Source: Candidatus Latescibacterota bacterium
GTDB taxonomy: Bacteria; Latescibacterota; UBA2968; SICM01
Length of the DNA: 64,000 nt
Reading direction: 5' to 3'
NCBI GenBank assembly: GCA_965217865.1
Contig: CBDCJO010000002.1
Location: 2,720,001 to 2,784,000 of the forward strand
The position numbers were made by a program, and so were the translations under genes. Positions 9,746-18,765 of this stretch are shown here, piece by piece. A model generated the notes under the pieces. The model worked only from the letters and a program-made list of their open reading frames with translations. It had not been told where the DNA came from and did no database searches. Within the stretch, counting starts at the first letter, position 1. Each line of letters opens with the position of its first letter.

Positions 9746-12505
9746 TCACACGTCCCGGGGGATCCTTCCCCTTTCGTCTTCCAGTGCCTGATGTGCAGAG
9801 GCAAGTCGAGCGATCGGCACCCGATAAGGAGAGCAGGATACATAATCCATTCCGGCTCTATGGCAGAATTTTACCGATTCAGGGTCGCCCCCGTGTTCCC
9901 CGCAGATTCCGACTTTCAGCGTTGGCCGGCTTTTGCGTCCGCGGAGGATACCCATGTGGATCAGCTGGCCGAGTCCGGACTGGTCGATGGTTTGAAAGGG
10001 ATCTTCGGAAAGCACCCCCCGCTGGACATATTCTTGCAGAAATTTACCCGCATCGTCTCTACTGAAACCGAATGTCATCTGTGTCAGATCGTTGGTCCCA
10101 AACGAGAAGAACTCAGCCTCCTCGGCTATCTCTTCGGCCACCAGGGCGGCTCGCGGCACCTCGATCATAGTGCCGACAAGGTATTTTACTTTGACCCCTT
10201 TCTCGGCCATCACCCGGTCTGCCATTTCGACCACGATGTCCTTCTGATTCTTCATCTCACCGATCGTTCCCACCAGGGGAATCATGACCTCGGGGAACAC
10301 CTTGATTCCCTTTTTGGTCAACTGGCAGGCGGCCTCGAAAATTGCCCGAGCCTGCATTTCGGTGATCTCCGGATAGGTCAAACCCAGGCGACACCCCCGG
10401 TGGCCGAGCATCGGGTTGAATTCGTGAAGGGAGGCCACCTTGGCCTTGATCTGCTCCACGGAGATCCCCAGTTCCCCGGCCATCTCCTGTTGATTGTAGT
10501 CTTCATGAGGCAAGAACTCGTGGAGGGGCGGGTCGAGCGTGCGAATCGTCACCGGATAACCTTCCATGGCGCGGAGAATCCCGAGGAAATCCGCCTTCTG
10601 GTATGGAAGGAGCTTTTTGAGAGCCCGGCGGCGGCCCCCCTCATCGTCGGCCAGGATCATCTCGCGCATGGCCTTGATCCGGTCCCCTTCAAAAAACATA
10701 TGCTCCGTTCGACAAAGGCCAATTCCCTCAGCCCCGAATTTTCGGGCGACGGCAGCATCCCGGGGCGTATCGGCGTTGGTCCGGACCTTTAACCTCCGGA
10801 TCTCATCCACCCACTTCATGAGGGATCCGAAATCACCTGAAAGTTCGGGTTGTACGGTCGGGATACGCCCAAGCAAAACCTCCCCCGTCGAGCCGTCCAG
10901 CGATATCCAATCCCCTTCCTTGATGACCTGGCCGTCGACTTCCAACGACCGGGAAGCATAATCGATTTTGAGGGCCCCACAGCCCGCAACACAGCATTTG
11001 CCCATACCGCGGGCAACCACAGCGGCGTGGGAGGTCATTCCCCCCCGGGCCGTCAAGATGCCTTGCGCGGCGTTCATACCCCCGATATCCTCGGGGGAAG
11101 TCTCAATACGAACCAGGATGACGCTTTCATCCCGTGTTGACCAGGCCTCGGCGTCGTCCGCGTTGAAGACAATCCTCCCCGCTGCTGCGCCAGGAGAGGC
11201 GGGAAGACCCTTTGCCAGGACATTCCTTTCGGCCTTTGGATCGAAGGTGGGATGAAGGAGTTGTTCCATCTGGTCCGGGGTGATACGGGAGACGGCCTCC
11301 GCCTTCGTGATGTAGCGCCCTTTCACCATATCCACGGCGATCTTGATCGCAGAGGCCGCAGTACGCTTCCCGGTCCGGGTTTGAAGCATCCACAGGCGTC
11401 CACGCTGAACGGTGAACTCAATGTCTTGCATATCCCGGTAGTGACGTTCCAGCATGTGCCGGATCTTATCGAGAGACCGGTATGCTTTCGGCATCACCCG
11501 ATCGAGGGGAACCTGGTCCTCGGCCGTCCTGCTGGCCTCATTGATAGGCTGGGGGGTCCGAATCCCTGCCACCACATCCTCCCCTTGGGCGTTGAGAAGA
11601 TACTCACCGTAGAAATAGTTCTCGCCGGTGGCCGGATTTCGGGTGAAGGCGACACCTGTTGCAGAATCTTCCCCCATATTCCCGAAAACCATTGCCTGAA
11701 CGTTGACCGCGGTTCCCCAGTCTGATGGGATGTTATGGATCTCGCGGTACTTGATCGCTCGAGCCCCCATCCAGGAACCGAAAACCGCATTTATGGCACC
11801 CCAGAGTTGTTCCCAGGGGTCCTCTGGAAACTCAATTCCCTTTCCCTTACGAATGACCGTCTTAAAAGCGCTTACCAGTTCGCGCAGATCCGAGGCCGTC
11901 AGGTCCGTGTCAAGTTGAATCCCCCGCTCACGCTTTTTTTCGTCGATGATCTCCTCGAAGGGGTCGGGTTGATCCGGAGATTCGGGTCGGAGACCCATGA
12001 CGACGTCCCCGTACATCTGGACAAACCGACGATAGGCATCATATGCGAACCGATCATTCTGAGTCTGTTCGATTAACCCTTGAACCGTAAGCTCATTCAG
12101 ACCGAGATTTAGAACCGTTTCCATCATGCCGGGCATGGAGGTGCGGGCGCCGGAACGAACCGAAACGAGCAAGGGATTGTTCGAATCCCCAAAACCCGCT
12201 CCCATCATCTTTTCGATCCGGGCAATTCCGGTTTTCACCTGTTTGTGGGCATCGGATGGATATTTTCTACTCCCCTCATCGTAAATCTGACACATCTCTG
12301 TAGTAATCGTGAATCCGGGGGGTACCGGAAGGCCAAGACCTGCCATCTCGGCAAGATTGGCCCCTTTACCCCCGAGCAGTTCCTTCATGCTCCCCTTGCC
12401 TTGGGCTTTGCCTCCTCCAAAAAAATAGACAAATTTTTTCCTCTTCTTTTTCGTGCTTTTTGCGCTTTTCCGTTTTCCCGACACAGCTTTCTTTCTCCCA
12501 GGCAT
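9746..12505 (-). CDS. ppdK: Pyruvate, phosphate dikinase
   Basis: GGKGANL, LLVSVRSGA, GGMTSHAAVVAR (phospho-His), GTNDLTQ, GICGEHGG. Confidence 0.98.
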   Translation of the reverse strand: MPGRKKAVSGKRKSAKSTKKKRKKFVYFFGGGKAQGKGSMKELLGGKGANLAEMAGLGLPVPPGFTITTEMCQIYDEGSRKYPSDAHKQVKTGIARIEKMMGAGFGDSNNPLLVSVRSGARTSMPGMMETVLNLGLNELTVQGLIEQTQNDRFAYDAYRRFVQMYGDVVMGLRPESPDQPDPFEEIIDEKKRERGIQLDTDLTASDLRELVSAFKTVIRKGKGIEFPEDPWEQLWGAINAVFGSWMGARAIKYREIHNIPSDWGTAVNVQAMVFGNMGEDSATGVAFTRNPATGENYFYGEYLLNAQGEDVVAGIRTPQPINEASRTAEDQVPLDRVMPKAYRSLDKIRHMLERHYRDMQDIEFTVQRGRLWMLQTRTGKRTAASAIKIAVDMVKGRYITKAEAVSRITPDQMEQLLHPTFDPKAERNVLAKGLPASPGAAAGRIVFNADDAEAWSTRDESVILVRIETSPEDIGGMNAAQGILTARGGMTSHAAVVARGMGKCCVAGCGALKIDYASRSLEVDGQVIKEGDWISLDGSTGEVLLGRIPTVQPELSGDFGSLMKWVDEIRRLKVRTNADTPRDAAVARKFGAEGIGLCRTEHMFFEGDRIKAMREMILADDEGGRRRALKKLLPYQKADFLGILRAMEGYPVTIRTLDPPLHEFLPHEDYNQQEMAGELGISVEQIKAKVASLHEFNPMLGHRGCRLGLTYPEITEMQARAIFEAACQLTKKGIKVFPEVMIPLVGTIGEMKNQKDIVVEMADRVMAEKGVKVKYLVGTMIEVPRAALVAEEIAEEAEFFSFGTNDLTQMTFGFSRDDAGKFLQEYVQRGVLSEDPFQTIDQSGLGQLIHMGILRGRKSRPTLKVGICGEHGGDPESVKFCHRAGMDYVSCSPYRVPIARLASAHQALEDERGRIPRDV

Positions 12506-12577
12506 GAACGCCTCCGGACAAATTCAGACTTCTGAGCGCGGCCAATGAAACCACACGAACCGGCTCAAGTTTTTCAA

Positions 12578-12606
12578 TTGACTCCTCGCTTGGATCTATC
12601 TATATT
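12578..12606 (+). promoter_or_regulatory. sigma70 promoter of tRNA-Lys
   Basis: TTGACT-N17-TATATT. Confidence 0.65.
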
Positions 12607-12639
12607 CTTTCTATCCTGATGAGATATTGATCATCTGAA

Positions 12640-12712
12640 GGGCCCGTAGCTCAGTTGGTAGAGCAGCGGCCTTTTAAGCCGTAGGTCGAAGGTTCGATTC
12701 CTTCCGGGCTCA
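12640..12712 (+). tRNA. tRNA-Lys(UUU), CCA not encoded
   Basis: GGGCCCG/CGGGCTC acceptor stem, AGCTCAGTTGGTAGAGC D-arm, GCGGC-CTTTTAA-GCCGT anticodon arm, GGTTCGATTCC T-arm. Confidence 0.97.
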
Positions 12713-12769
12713 TCCCTTCCATTTTAAAAAACCAGCCCGAATCATACATTCCCGGGTAAATTGCTCCCC

Positions 12770-13105
12770 CTATCGGCTATCGGCCGCTATTCCTATTTGG
12801 TCCCCGTTCCCTTTTCCTTCCCCCTCGGTCTCATCGGTTCCATCCTTGATGCCCTGGACATAAGATTCCTGAATATCCACCTCCATATCCGTCACGAAAG
12901 CCCTGATTTTCTCCAGACGCAACTTAGTGGAATTATCCGTCTTTTCCGCCTCAGCACGTTCATTCCTGGCATCGAGGAGAACCTTCCTGACATCCTCCAG
13001 AGACTTTTGTTCCTCATTCGTCTTTGCTCGGAGTTTTCGAAGAGCCGTTTCCGAATAATATTTAGTCAGCAGCAGACCGACCAGAACCATCACCGCAAAG
13101 ATCAT
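12770..13105 (-). CDS. Hypothetical membrane-anchored coiled-coil protein
   Basis: N-terminal hydrophobic helix followed by a charged helical segment; AGG upstream of the ATG. Confidence 0.55.
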   Translation of the reverse strand: MIFAVMVLVGLLLTKYYSETALRKLRAKTNEEQKSLEDVRKVLLDARNERAEAEKTDNSTKLRLEKIRAFVTDMEVDIQESYVQGIKDGTDETEGEGKGNGDQIGIAADSR

Positions 13106-13126
13106 AAACCTGTCCTAAGAATCCGC

Positions 13127-13155
13127 TTGACGCTTCCCTAAATTTCCAATATATT
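13127..13155 (+). promoter_or_regulatory. sigma70 promoter of the cys cluster
   Basis: TTGACG-N17-TATATT. Confidence 0.55.
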
Positions 13156-13331
13156 AGTTTTTAAGTGAATTTCTGTTTTCTGGAAGCGAGCTCCAACCCG
13201 TAAAGAGGATTCCGAAGCAATATATCCAAAATTATAGTGTTCGAAAGTTAGCACACCGACTCAATATACATATTTCCGAACTTTTAATCAATAATGATTT
13301 CACAGACTTAGGTTGAGGAGGACCTTGGATA

Positions 13332-13868
13332 TTGAGGGGGTTCACCCTATGGTTCACCGGATTGTCCGGATCGGGAAAATCGACCCTTGCAGAGCATATA
13401 GCCCCGATTTTGCGGACAAGGGGGCATAAAGTCGAGATCCTCGACGGAGACGAAGTTCGCCAAAACCTGTCGAAGGGTTTGGGCTTCTCTAAAGAGGATC
13501 GCGATATCAATATAAAGAGGATCGGATGGGTGGCCAAGGTCCTTACCCGGAATGATGTTGTGGCCATTACTGCGGCAATTAGTCCTTATCGTGAGGTCCG
13601 GGACTGGTGCCGGAAGCAGATCGGAAATTTCGTTGAGATCTACGTCCACTGTCCTCTAGAAGAGTGCGAAAAACGCGATGTCAAGGGTTTATACGCCAAA
13701 GCACGTGCCGGTGAGATCGCGAATTTCACCGGTATCGACGACCCCTACGAATCACCCCTCCAGCCTGAAGTGGTCGTCGATACCAGCTTGGAATCGGTAG
13801 AACAGAGCGCGATCAAGATTTTGAAAAAGCTGGAAGAATTGGAATACCTGGATTACGGGAAGTCCTGA
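13332..13868 (+). CDS. cysC: Adenylyl-sulfate kinase
   Basis: [35 protein letters not shown]; GGAGG RBS with TTG start. Confidence 0.96.
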   Translation: MRGFTLWFTGLSGSGKSTLAEHIAPILRTRGHKVEILDGDEVRQNLSKGLGFSKEDRDINIKRIGWVAKVLTRNDVVAITAAISPYREVRDWCRKQIGNFVEIYVHCPLEECEKRDVKGLYAKARAGEIANFTGIDDPYESPLQPEVVVDTSLESVEQSAIKILKKLEELEYLDYGKS

Positions 13869-13894
13869 TCCGAATGGGCGAATTCTGACTGACG

Positions 13895-14623
13895 ATGACC
13901 AGCTCCGAAATAGACATCGATTCCCTCTGCAAGACCTTTGAAAAGCGTCCTCCCCAAGACGTTCTTCTGTGGGCCTATAGCACATTTGGGTCCCGGGTCT
14001 CCATCATGACATCGTTCCAGGCCACAGGCCTGGTCGTTCTCGACATGGCGCAGAAGTTGATTACCGGTTTTCCGGCCTTCACCCTCGACACGGGCTTTTT
14101 GTTCAAAGAGACCATCGACCTCAAGCACAGCCTGGAGGACCGATACGGAATTGAGATCGAGTCCGTGGAACCTTTGCTGTCCGTTGAGAGGCAGGCAGAG
14201 GTTTATGGAGAAGCGCTTTACCGGAGTCAGCCTGACGAATGTTGCAGGATGCGGAAGGTGGAGCCCCTCCTCCGGAAACTGGTCGATTTGGATGCCTGGG
14301 TGACCGGAGTCCGTAGGGATCAATCCGAGACCCGGGCAAACACGCGGGTGCTCGAACGGCATCTGGATCAAGACCGGTCATGGATCAAGATCAACCCGCT
14401 GGCTGGATGGAATAAAAAGCAGGTATGGGATTATATCCTCTCTCATCAGATCCCATATAATCCTCTCCACGACCAGGGATATCCGAGTATTGGTTGTGTT
14501 CCCTGCACCCGTCAAGTCAAACCGGGTGAAGAGGAACGCGCGGGGCGATGGTCCAGTTTCGACAAAACGGAATGCGGAATTCACACGTTTTCCACCCCGC
14601 TTCATCAAATCGAAGAGGGATAA
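13895..14623 (+). CDS. cysH: PAPS/APS reductase (Fe-S type CC...CxxC)
   Basis: LDTG, ECCRMRK, GVRRDQS, YPSIGCVPCT, ERAGRW, KTECGIH. Confidence 0.95.
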   Translation: MTSSEIDIDSLCKTFEKRPPQDVLLWAYSTFGSRVSIMTSFQATGLVVLDMAQKLITGFPAFTLDTGFLFKETIDLKHSLEDRYGIEIESVEPLLSVERQAEVYGEALYRSQPDECCRMRKVEPLLRKLVDLDAWVTGVRRDQSETRANTRVLERHLDQDRSWIKINPLAGWNKKQVWDYILSHQIPYNPLHDQGYPSIGCVPCTRQVKPGEEERAGRWSSFDKTECGIHTFSTPLHQIEEG

Positions 14624-14650
14624 CAGGATTTCTTTACATCGATTGCCAAG

Positions 14651-14682
14651 GGGCGGGTCTACGGACCCGCCCGTTCTGTTTT
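14651..14682 (+). terminator. Putative intrinsic terminator after cysH
   Basis: GGGCGGGTC-tacg-GACCCGCCC followed by GTTCTGTTTT. Confidence 0.55.
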
Positions 14683-14789
14683 GGACCCTGGAACTTCCCT
14701 TTCCCCTACCAGTGAAGACAACCTCGCAAGCTAACCCACTGAGTTCCCCAGAGGCACTTTGCTTTCCACAACCAACTTAGGGGCCGTCC

Positions 14790-15740
14790 TTGACCTACCG
14801 GCGGGGAATTAAGGGGTCGATCCTCGAACAGGTTGGAAATACCCCCATGTTGCGCATCCGGGATTTGACGGGAGATGGGATAGTCCTCTACGCAAAGTTG
14901 GAAATGTTCAACCCGGGCGGATCCGTGAAGGACCGACCTGCCATGCAGATGATCCTGGACGGTGAGGATTCTGGGGATCTGATAAGGGGAAAAGTAGTCC
15001 TGGACTCCACTTCGGGAAATACGGGGATCGCATACTCATGGATCGGGGCAGTGAAGGGTTACCAGGTTGAACTGGTCATGCCCGCTAGTGCGAGTCAAGA
15101 GAGGTTGGCGATCATCAAATCGTTTGGGGCTCGGGTGGTGCTCACAGACGCTTCAGAGGGTTCGGACGGGGCGATCCTGGAGGCCAAACGCATATTCGAG
15201 GACCAACCCCGACGTTATTTCAAACCGGACCAGTACAACAATCCATCGAATCCCAAAGCCCATTACCTGCACACGGCCCCCGAAATCTGGGACCAGACGG
15301 GCGGAAGGATCACCCACCTGATATCCTCCATCGGCACGAGCGGAACGCTGATGGGCACGGGCAAACGGCTGAAAGAGTTGAACCCCGATGTGTGCCTCAT
15401 CGAGGTGGAGCCCCCCGCCTTTCACGGAATCGAGGGATTGAAGAATATGGCCGCTTCCATCGTTCCCGGAATTTACCAGGAGGGATTTGCGGACGAAAAA
15501 GTCACGGTAGAAACCGAGGATGCATATGAGATGACCCGATGGATGGCCAACAAACTTGGGCTTCTTTGCGGCCAGTCCTCCGGCGCAGCCCTGTGGGGAG
15601 CCCTGGAGGTGGCACGAAGGCTCAAACATGGGGTGATCGTTGTGATCTTTCCCGATGGTGGGGACAAGTACATGAGCACACGCGTATGGGAGTGTAATCT
15701 TGCTCAGGCTAAACAGAGAAAATTGGGCGCAACTCTGTGA
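14790..15740 (+). CDS. cysM: PLP-dependent cysteine synthase, probably sulfur-carrier-dependent CysM type
   Basis: NPGGSVKDR, TSGNTG, DQYNN, GTSGT; adjacent to mec-like and cysO-like genes. Confidence 0.8.
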   Translation: MTYRRGIKGSILEQVGNTPMLRIRDLTGDGIVLYAKLEMFNPGGSVKDRPAMQMILDGEDSGDLIRGKVVLDSTSGNTGIAYSWIGAVKGYQVELVMPASASQERLAIIKSFGARVVLTDASEGSDGAILEAKRIFEDQPRRYFKPDQYNNPSNPKAHYLHTAPEIWDQTGGRITHLISSIGTSGTLMGTGKRLKELNPDVCLIEVEPPAFHGIEGLKNMAASIVPGIYQEGFADEKVTVETEDAYEMTRWMANKLGLLCGQSSGAALWGALEVARRLKHGVIVVIFPDGGDKYMSTRVWECNLAQAKQRKLGATL

Positions 15741-16164
15741 CCATGCCACGCATGATTATCCCTCCGAGTGCTGCGGGATCATCACCAGGTCGGAAACAGG
15801 GGAGGTTGAAGTCCGTCGGTGTACGAATATTCAGGATCGTCTACACCAGAAGATGCCGGATAAACATCCGAGGGATTCCCGAATGGCATACCGGATGGAT
15901 GATATGGAGGTGTTTAAGATCCTGGAGGAAGCCGAGGGTTCGGGAAAAAAACTGGCGGGATTCTACCATTCCCATATTGAATGCGATGCCTACTTTTCGG
16001 AGGAGGACCGAAAAGCAGCCCTTTTTGGGGATGAACCGGCTTACCCCGGGGTTGGTTACCTTGTACTTTCGGTATATAATCGTGAGGTAAAAGGCTACAA
16101 GCTTTTTTCCTGGGACTTGGAAAACAGAGGTTATGAGGAGATCCCTGTCATAATCGATTCCTGA
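15700..16164 (+). CDS. mec: JAB/MPN+ (Mov34, M67) metallopeptidase, CysO-cysteine peptidase-like
   Basis: YPSECCG and YHSH...FSEED JAMM motif. Confidence 0.85.
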   Translation: MLRLNRENWAQLCDHATHDYPSECCGIITRSETGEVEVRRCTNIQDRLHQKMPDKHPRDSRMAYRMDDMEVFKILEEAEGSGKKLAGFYHSHIECDAYFSEEDRKAALFGDEPAYPGVGYLVLSVYNREVKGYKLFSWDLENRGYEEIPVIIDS

Positions 16165-16216
16165 TTGCTCCGGGCTTCTACTGAAAACACGATTAAAAAG
16201 CGAATATGCGTGGCCA

Positions 16217-17275
16217 TTGAAAAAATACGATGTGGTTGTAGTGGGATGCGGTCCCGCCGGCTCATCGGCGGCTCAGGCAGGTGCGTTGCGTGGGCTGTCG
16301 GTGTTGATTATCGATAGGAAGCGATCTGTAGGAGTTCCAGTAAGGAGTGGAGGCTATGTCCCTTCAGGGCTTCGGAGAAGGGTGCGGTTCGACGACGAGT
16401 GCATCCTCCAGAAAGTAGAAGGATTCTGCCTCTTCCTCCCGGATGGCAGAACCACCAGGGTTCAGGCCCCTGGATATATCCTGGACCGGTCTCGCTTTGA
16501 CAAGACACTCGCCATCTACGCATTAGAGAGTGGGGCTGATCTTGTGAATGGAACGGTCGTGGAAGTATCGGGGAAGCGGGTACGGTTCAGACGCGGCGGC
16601 CGGGAGGCGGAAGTTGAAGGGCAAGTAATCATCGGGGCAGATGGGCCTCGATCTGCCGTTGGACGCAGCATCGGAACTGCCAACGCGGAATTTTTGGTAA
16701 CCGTCCAGGCGGAGGTGGGGTTGAGGATTCCGTTCACAACGGCTGAAATTTGGTTTGATAGCCGCTGTGTCGGGGGTTATAAATGGATCTTCCCAAGCGG
16801 CCGCACAGCTCGGGTGGGAATCGTGTTATCCGCTCCCAGGGCGAATATGCTCCGAGGGCTGTTAAATGATTTCCTGGATAATTTGGCGGAGGAGGGAAGA
16901 ATTTACCGGAGGAGCATCTTGAGCTACAGTGGAGGTCCGGTTCCGGTAGGAGGGCCTCTTGACCCCCTGCAGAGTGGAAATTCAATCCTGGTTGGAGACG
17001 CAGCGGGTTGCGCCGATCCTGTCACCGGCGCTGGCATCGGCCCAGCAATTTTAAGCGGGACCCTTGCGGGGCGAATCGCTGCTGAGGCTTTATCCGACCA
17101 GGACATCCGGCACCTGATCCAATACAGGAAAACGCTGGAACGGGTTTTGCCTTTTCGTCAAATGGCCTACAAAAAAGCCCATGCAGAACGTTTGCGAGCT
17201 TCGGAGAATTTCGAGGGGCTCGCGGAAACGGCCTGGGGCGCGAGGGATTATCAATTCGAGGGGAACGAAATCTAA
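16217..17275 (+). CDS. Geranylgeranyl reductase-family FAD oxidoreductase
   Basis: VVGCGPAGS, DRSRFD, GADG, GGYKWIFP, GDAAG...DPVTGAGI. Confidence 0.85.
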   Translation: MKKYDVVVVGCGPAGSSAAQAGALRGLSVLIIDRKRSVGVPVRSGGYVPSGLRRRVRFDDECILQKVEGFCLFLPDGRTTRVQAPGYILDRSRFDKTLAIYALESGADLVNGTVVEVSGKRVRFRRGGREAEVEGQVIIGADGPRSAVGRSIGTANAEFLVTVQAEVGLRIPFTTAEIWFDSRCVGGYKWIFPSGRTARVGIVLSAPRANMLRGLLNDFLDNLAEEGRIYRRSILSYSGGPVPVGGPLDPLQSGNSILVGDAAGCADPVTGAGIGPAILSGTLAGRIAAEALSDQDIRHLIQYRKTLERVLPFRQMAYKKAHAERLRASENFEGLAETAWGARDYQFEGNEI

Positions 17276-17335
17276 TCGAAATTCGGTGTTTGTTGAAAAC
17301 AATTGGTGTTGGGATTTTGTAGAGAGGAGGTTAGA

Positions 17336-17614
17336 ATGAGCGTGACCGTTCGGATACCAACCCCCCTTCGGAATCTAACGAAGGATCAATCCGACATTCA
17401 GATCGAGGCTGCGACGATACGGGAGCTCCTTGATAATATCGAGGAACAGTACCCCGGAATAAAAGATCGGTTGATGGATGAACACGGAGAGCTTCGCCGG
17501 TTCGTGAACGTCTACGTCAACGAAGAGGACATCCGATTTCTTGACGGCATCAAAACGGACTTGTCATCCGGTGATAAAGTAGCCATTGTTCCCGCGGTTG
17601 CCGGGGGAGGATAA
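17336..17614 (+). CDS. cysO: Ubiquitin-like sulfur carrier (MoaD/ThiS/CysO family)
   Basis: GAGGAGG RBS; VRIPTPLR, FVNVYVNEEDIRFL, C-terminal PAVAGGG. Confidence 0.88.
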   Translation: MSVTVRIPTPLRNLTKDQSDIQIEAATIRELLDNIEEQYPGIKDRLMDEHGELRRFVNVYVNEEDIRFLDGIKTDLSSGDKVAIVPAVAGGG

Positions 17615-17757
17615 TAAATCGAGTCGTTGGGTGGATTCACGGGTGGGAAGATCGACATAGGAAGTCATGGTCCTGGAATCCAGGAAAAACTTTCGGCTGT
17701 CCGCTTCCCTTTTCTGTTTTCGCTTCCAAAAATCTCAATTCCTGACCCTAACCAGAG

Positions 17758-18690
17758 GTGAAGTCTTTGGCCGCACCGAGGGTAAACAGTGTCCTGGACC
17801 TGGTGAATGAGACACCGATGGTCCGTCTCAACCGGATCCGTCCTGCCGGGGGGGCGCAAATCTGGGCAAAGCTTGAGTTCTTTAATCCCGGGGGAAGTGT
17901 CAAGGATCGAATTGCACTGGCCATGGTGGAGGCAGCCGAGCAAAAAGGTATTCTCAGACCGGGCAGCACCATCGTCGAGCCCACGAGTGGAAACACCGGG
18001 ATCGGACTCGCAATGGTTGCGGCCGTCAAGGGATATCGTTTGATCATCACCATGTTCGAGGGTGTCAGCGAAGAACGACAGAAAGTTTTAGAGGCATTTG
18101 GAGCTGAGGTTGTGATGACACCCGCCCAAGATGGAATGCGAGGGGCGATCAAGGAGGCCTTGGCCCTCAAGAAAAAGCATCCCGAATACTTCATGCCCCA
18201 GCAGTTTGAGAACCCTTCGAATCCCCAGGCCCACCGACGAACGACCGCGTTGGAAGTCCTCCATCAGATGGAGGGACGGATCGATGCCTTTGTAGCCGGA
18301 GTTGGTACCGGCGGAACATTGACCGGGGTCGGGGAGGTCCTCAAACGGGAGTTGCCTGCCGTAAGGGTTATCGCGGTGGAACCGACCGATTCGGCGGTAC
18401 TTTCAGGAGGTCCGGCGGGGCCGACCGAGATCGATGGGCTTGGGGCAGGGATAATTCCACCGGTGTTGAATACGGAGGCCATAGATCAGATCGTTGCGGT
18501 CACAAACACAGAAGCCCGGCAGATGGCTCGCCGTCTTACCAGGGAAGAAGGGCTGCTTTGCGGATATTCTTCCGGGGCAGCCGCCCACGCCGCTGCGGTG
18601 GTATCTGAGGAAATGGGGGAAGGTAAAGACGTCGTTGTGATCCTGCCCGACACGGGGGACCGCTATATGAGTTCGATGCTGTTCGGCTAG
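17758..18690 (+). CDS. cysK: Cysteine synthase A
   Basis: NPGGSVKDRIA, EPTSGNTG, MPQQFEN, GVGTGGT, PDTGDRY. Confidence 0.9.
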   Translation: MKSLAAPRVNSVLDLVNETPMVRLNRIRPAGGAQIWAKLEFFNPGGSVKDRIALAMVEAAEQKGILRPGSTIVEPTSGNTGIGLAMVAAVKGYRLIITMFEGVSEERQKVLEAFGAEVVMTPAQDGMRGAIKEALALKKKHPEYFMPQQFENPSNPQAHRRTTALEVLHQMEGRIDAFVAGVGTGGTLTGVGEVLKRELPAVRVIAVEPTDSAVLSGGPAGPTEIDGLGAGIIPPVLNTEAIDQIVAVTNTEARQMARRLTREEGLLCGYSSGAAAHAAAVVSEEMGEGKDVVVILPDTGDRYMSSMLFG

Positions 18691-18765
18691 AGACCCGAAT
18701 AAACCAACGGACCAGGTCGTGCCGAAACCCAATCCCTAAGACCGATTCAACCCAAAGGGGTGCGT

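Noticed and set aside
9791-12076. Long + strand ORFs opposite ppdK, and similar antisense ORFs across the window
   Set aside because: Shadow ORFs of GC-rich coding sequence, with no recognisable motifs.
13225-13300. Rrf2/CymR-like or CIRCE operator upstream of cysC
   Set aside because: Only weak or half-site symmetry (TTAGCAC without its partner), and no regulator gene in the window.
12640-13330. tRNA-Lys as an integration site or island boundary
   Set aside because: No integrase and no duplicated tRNA 3' end were seen in the window.
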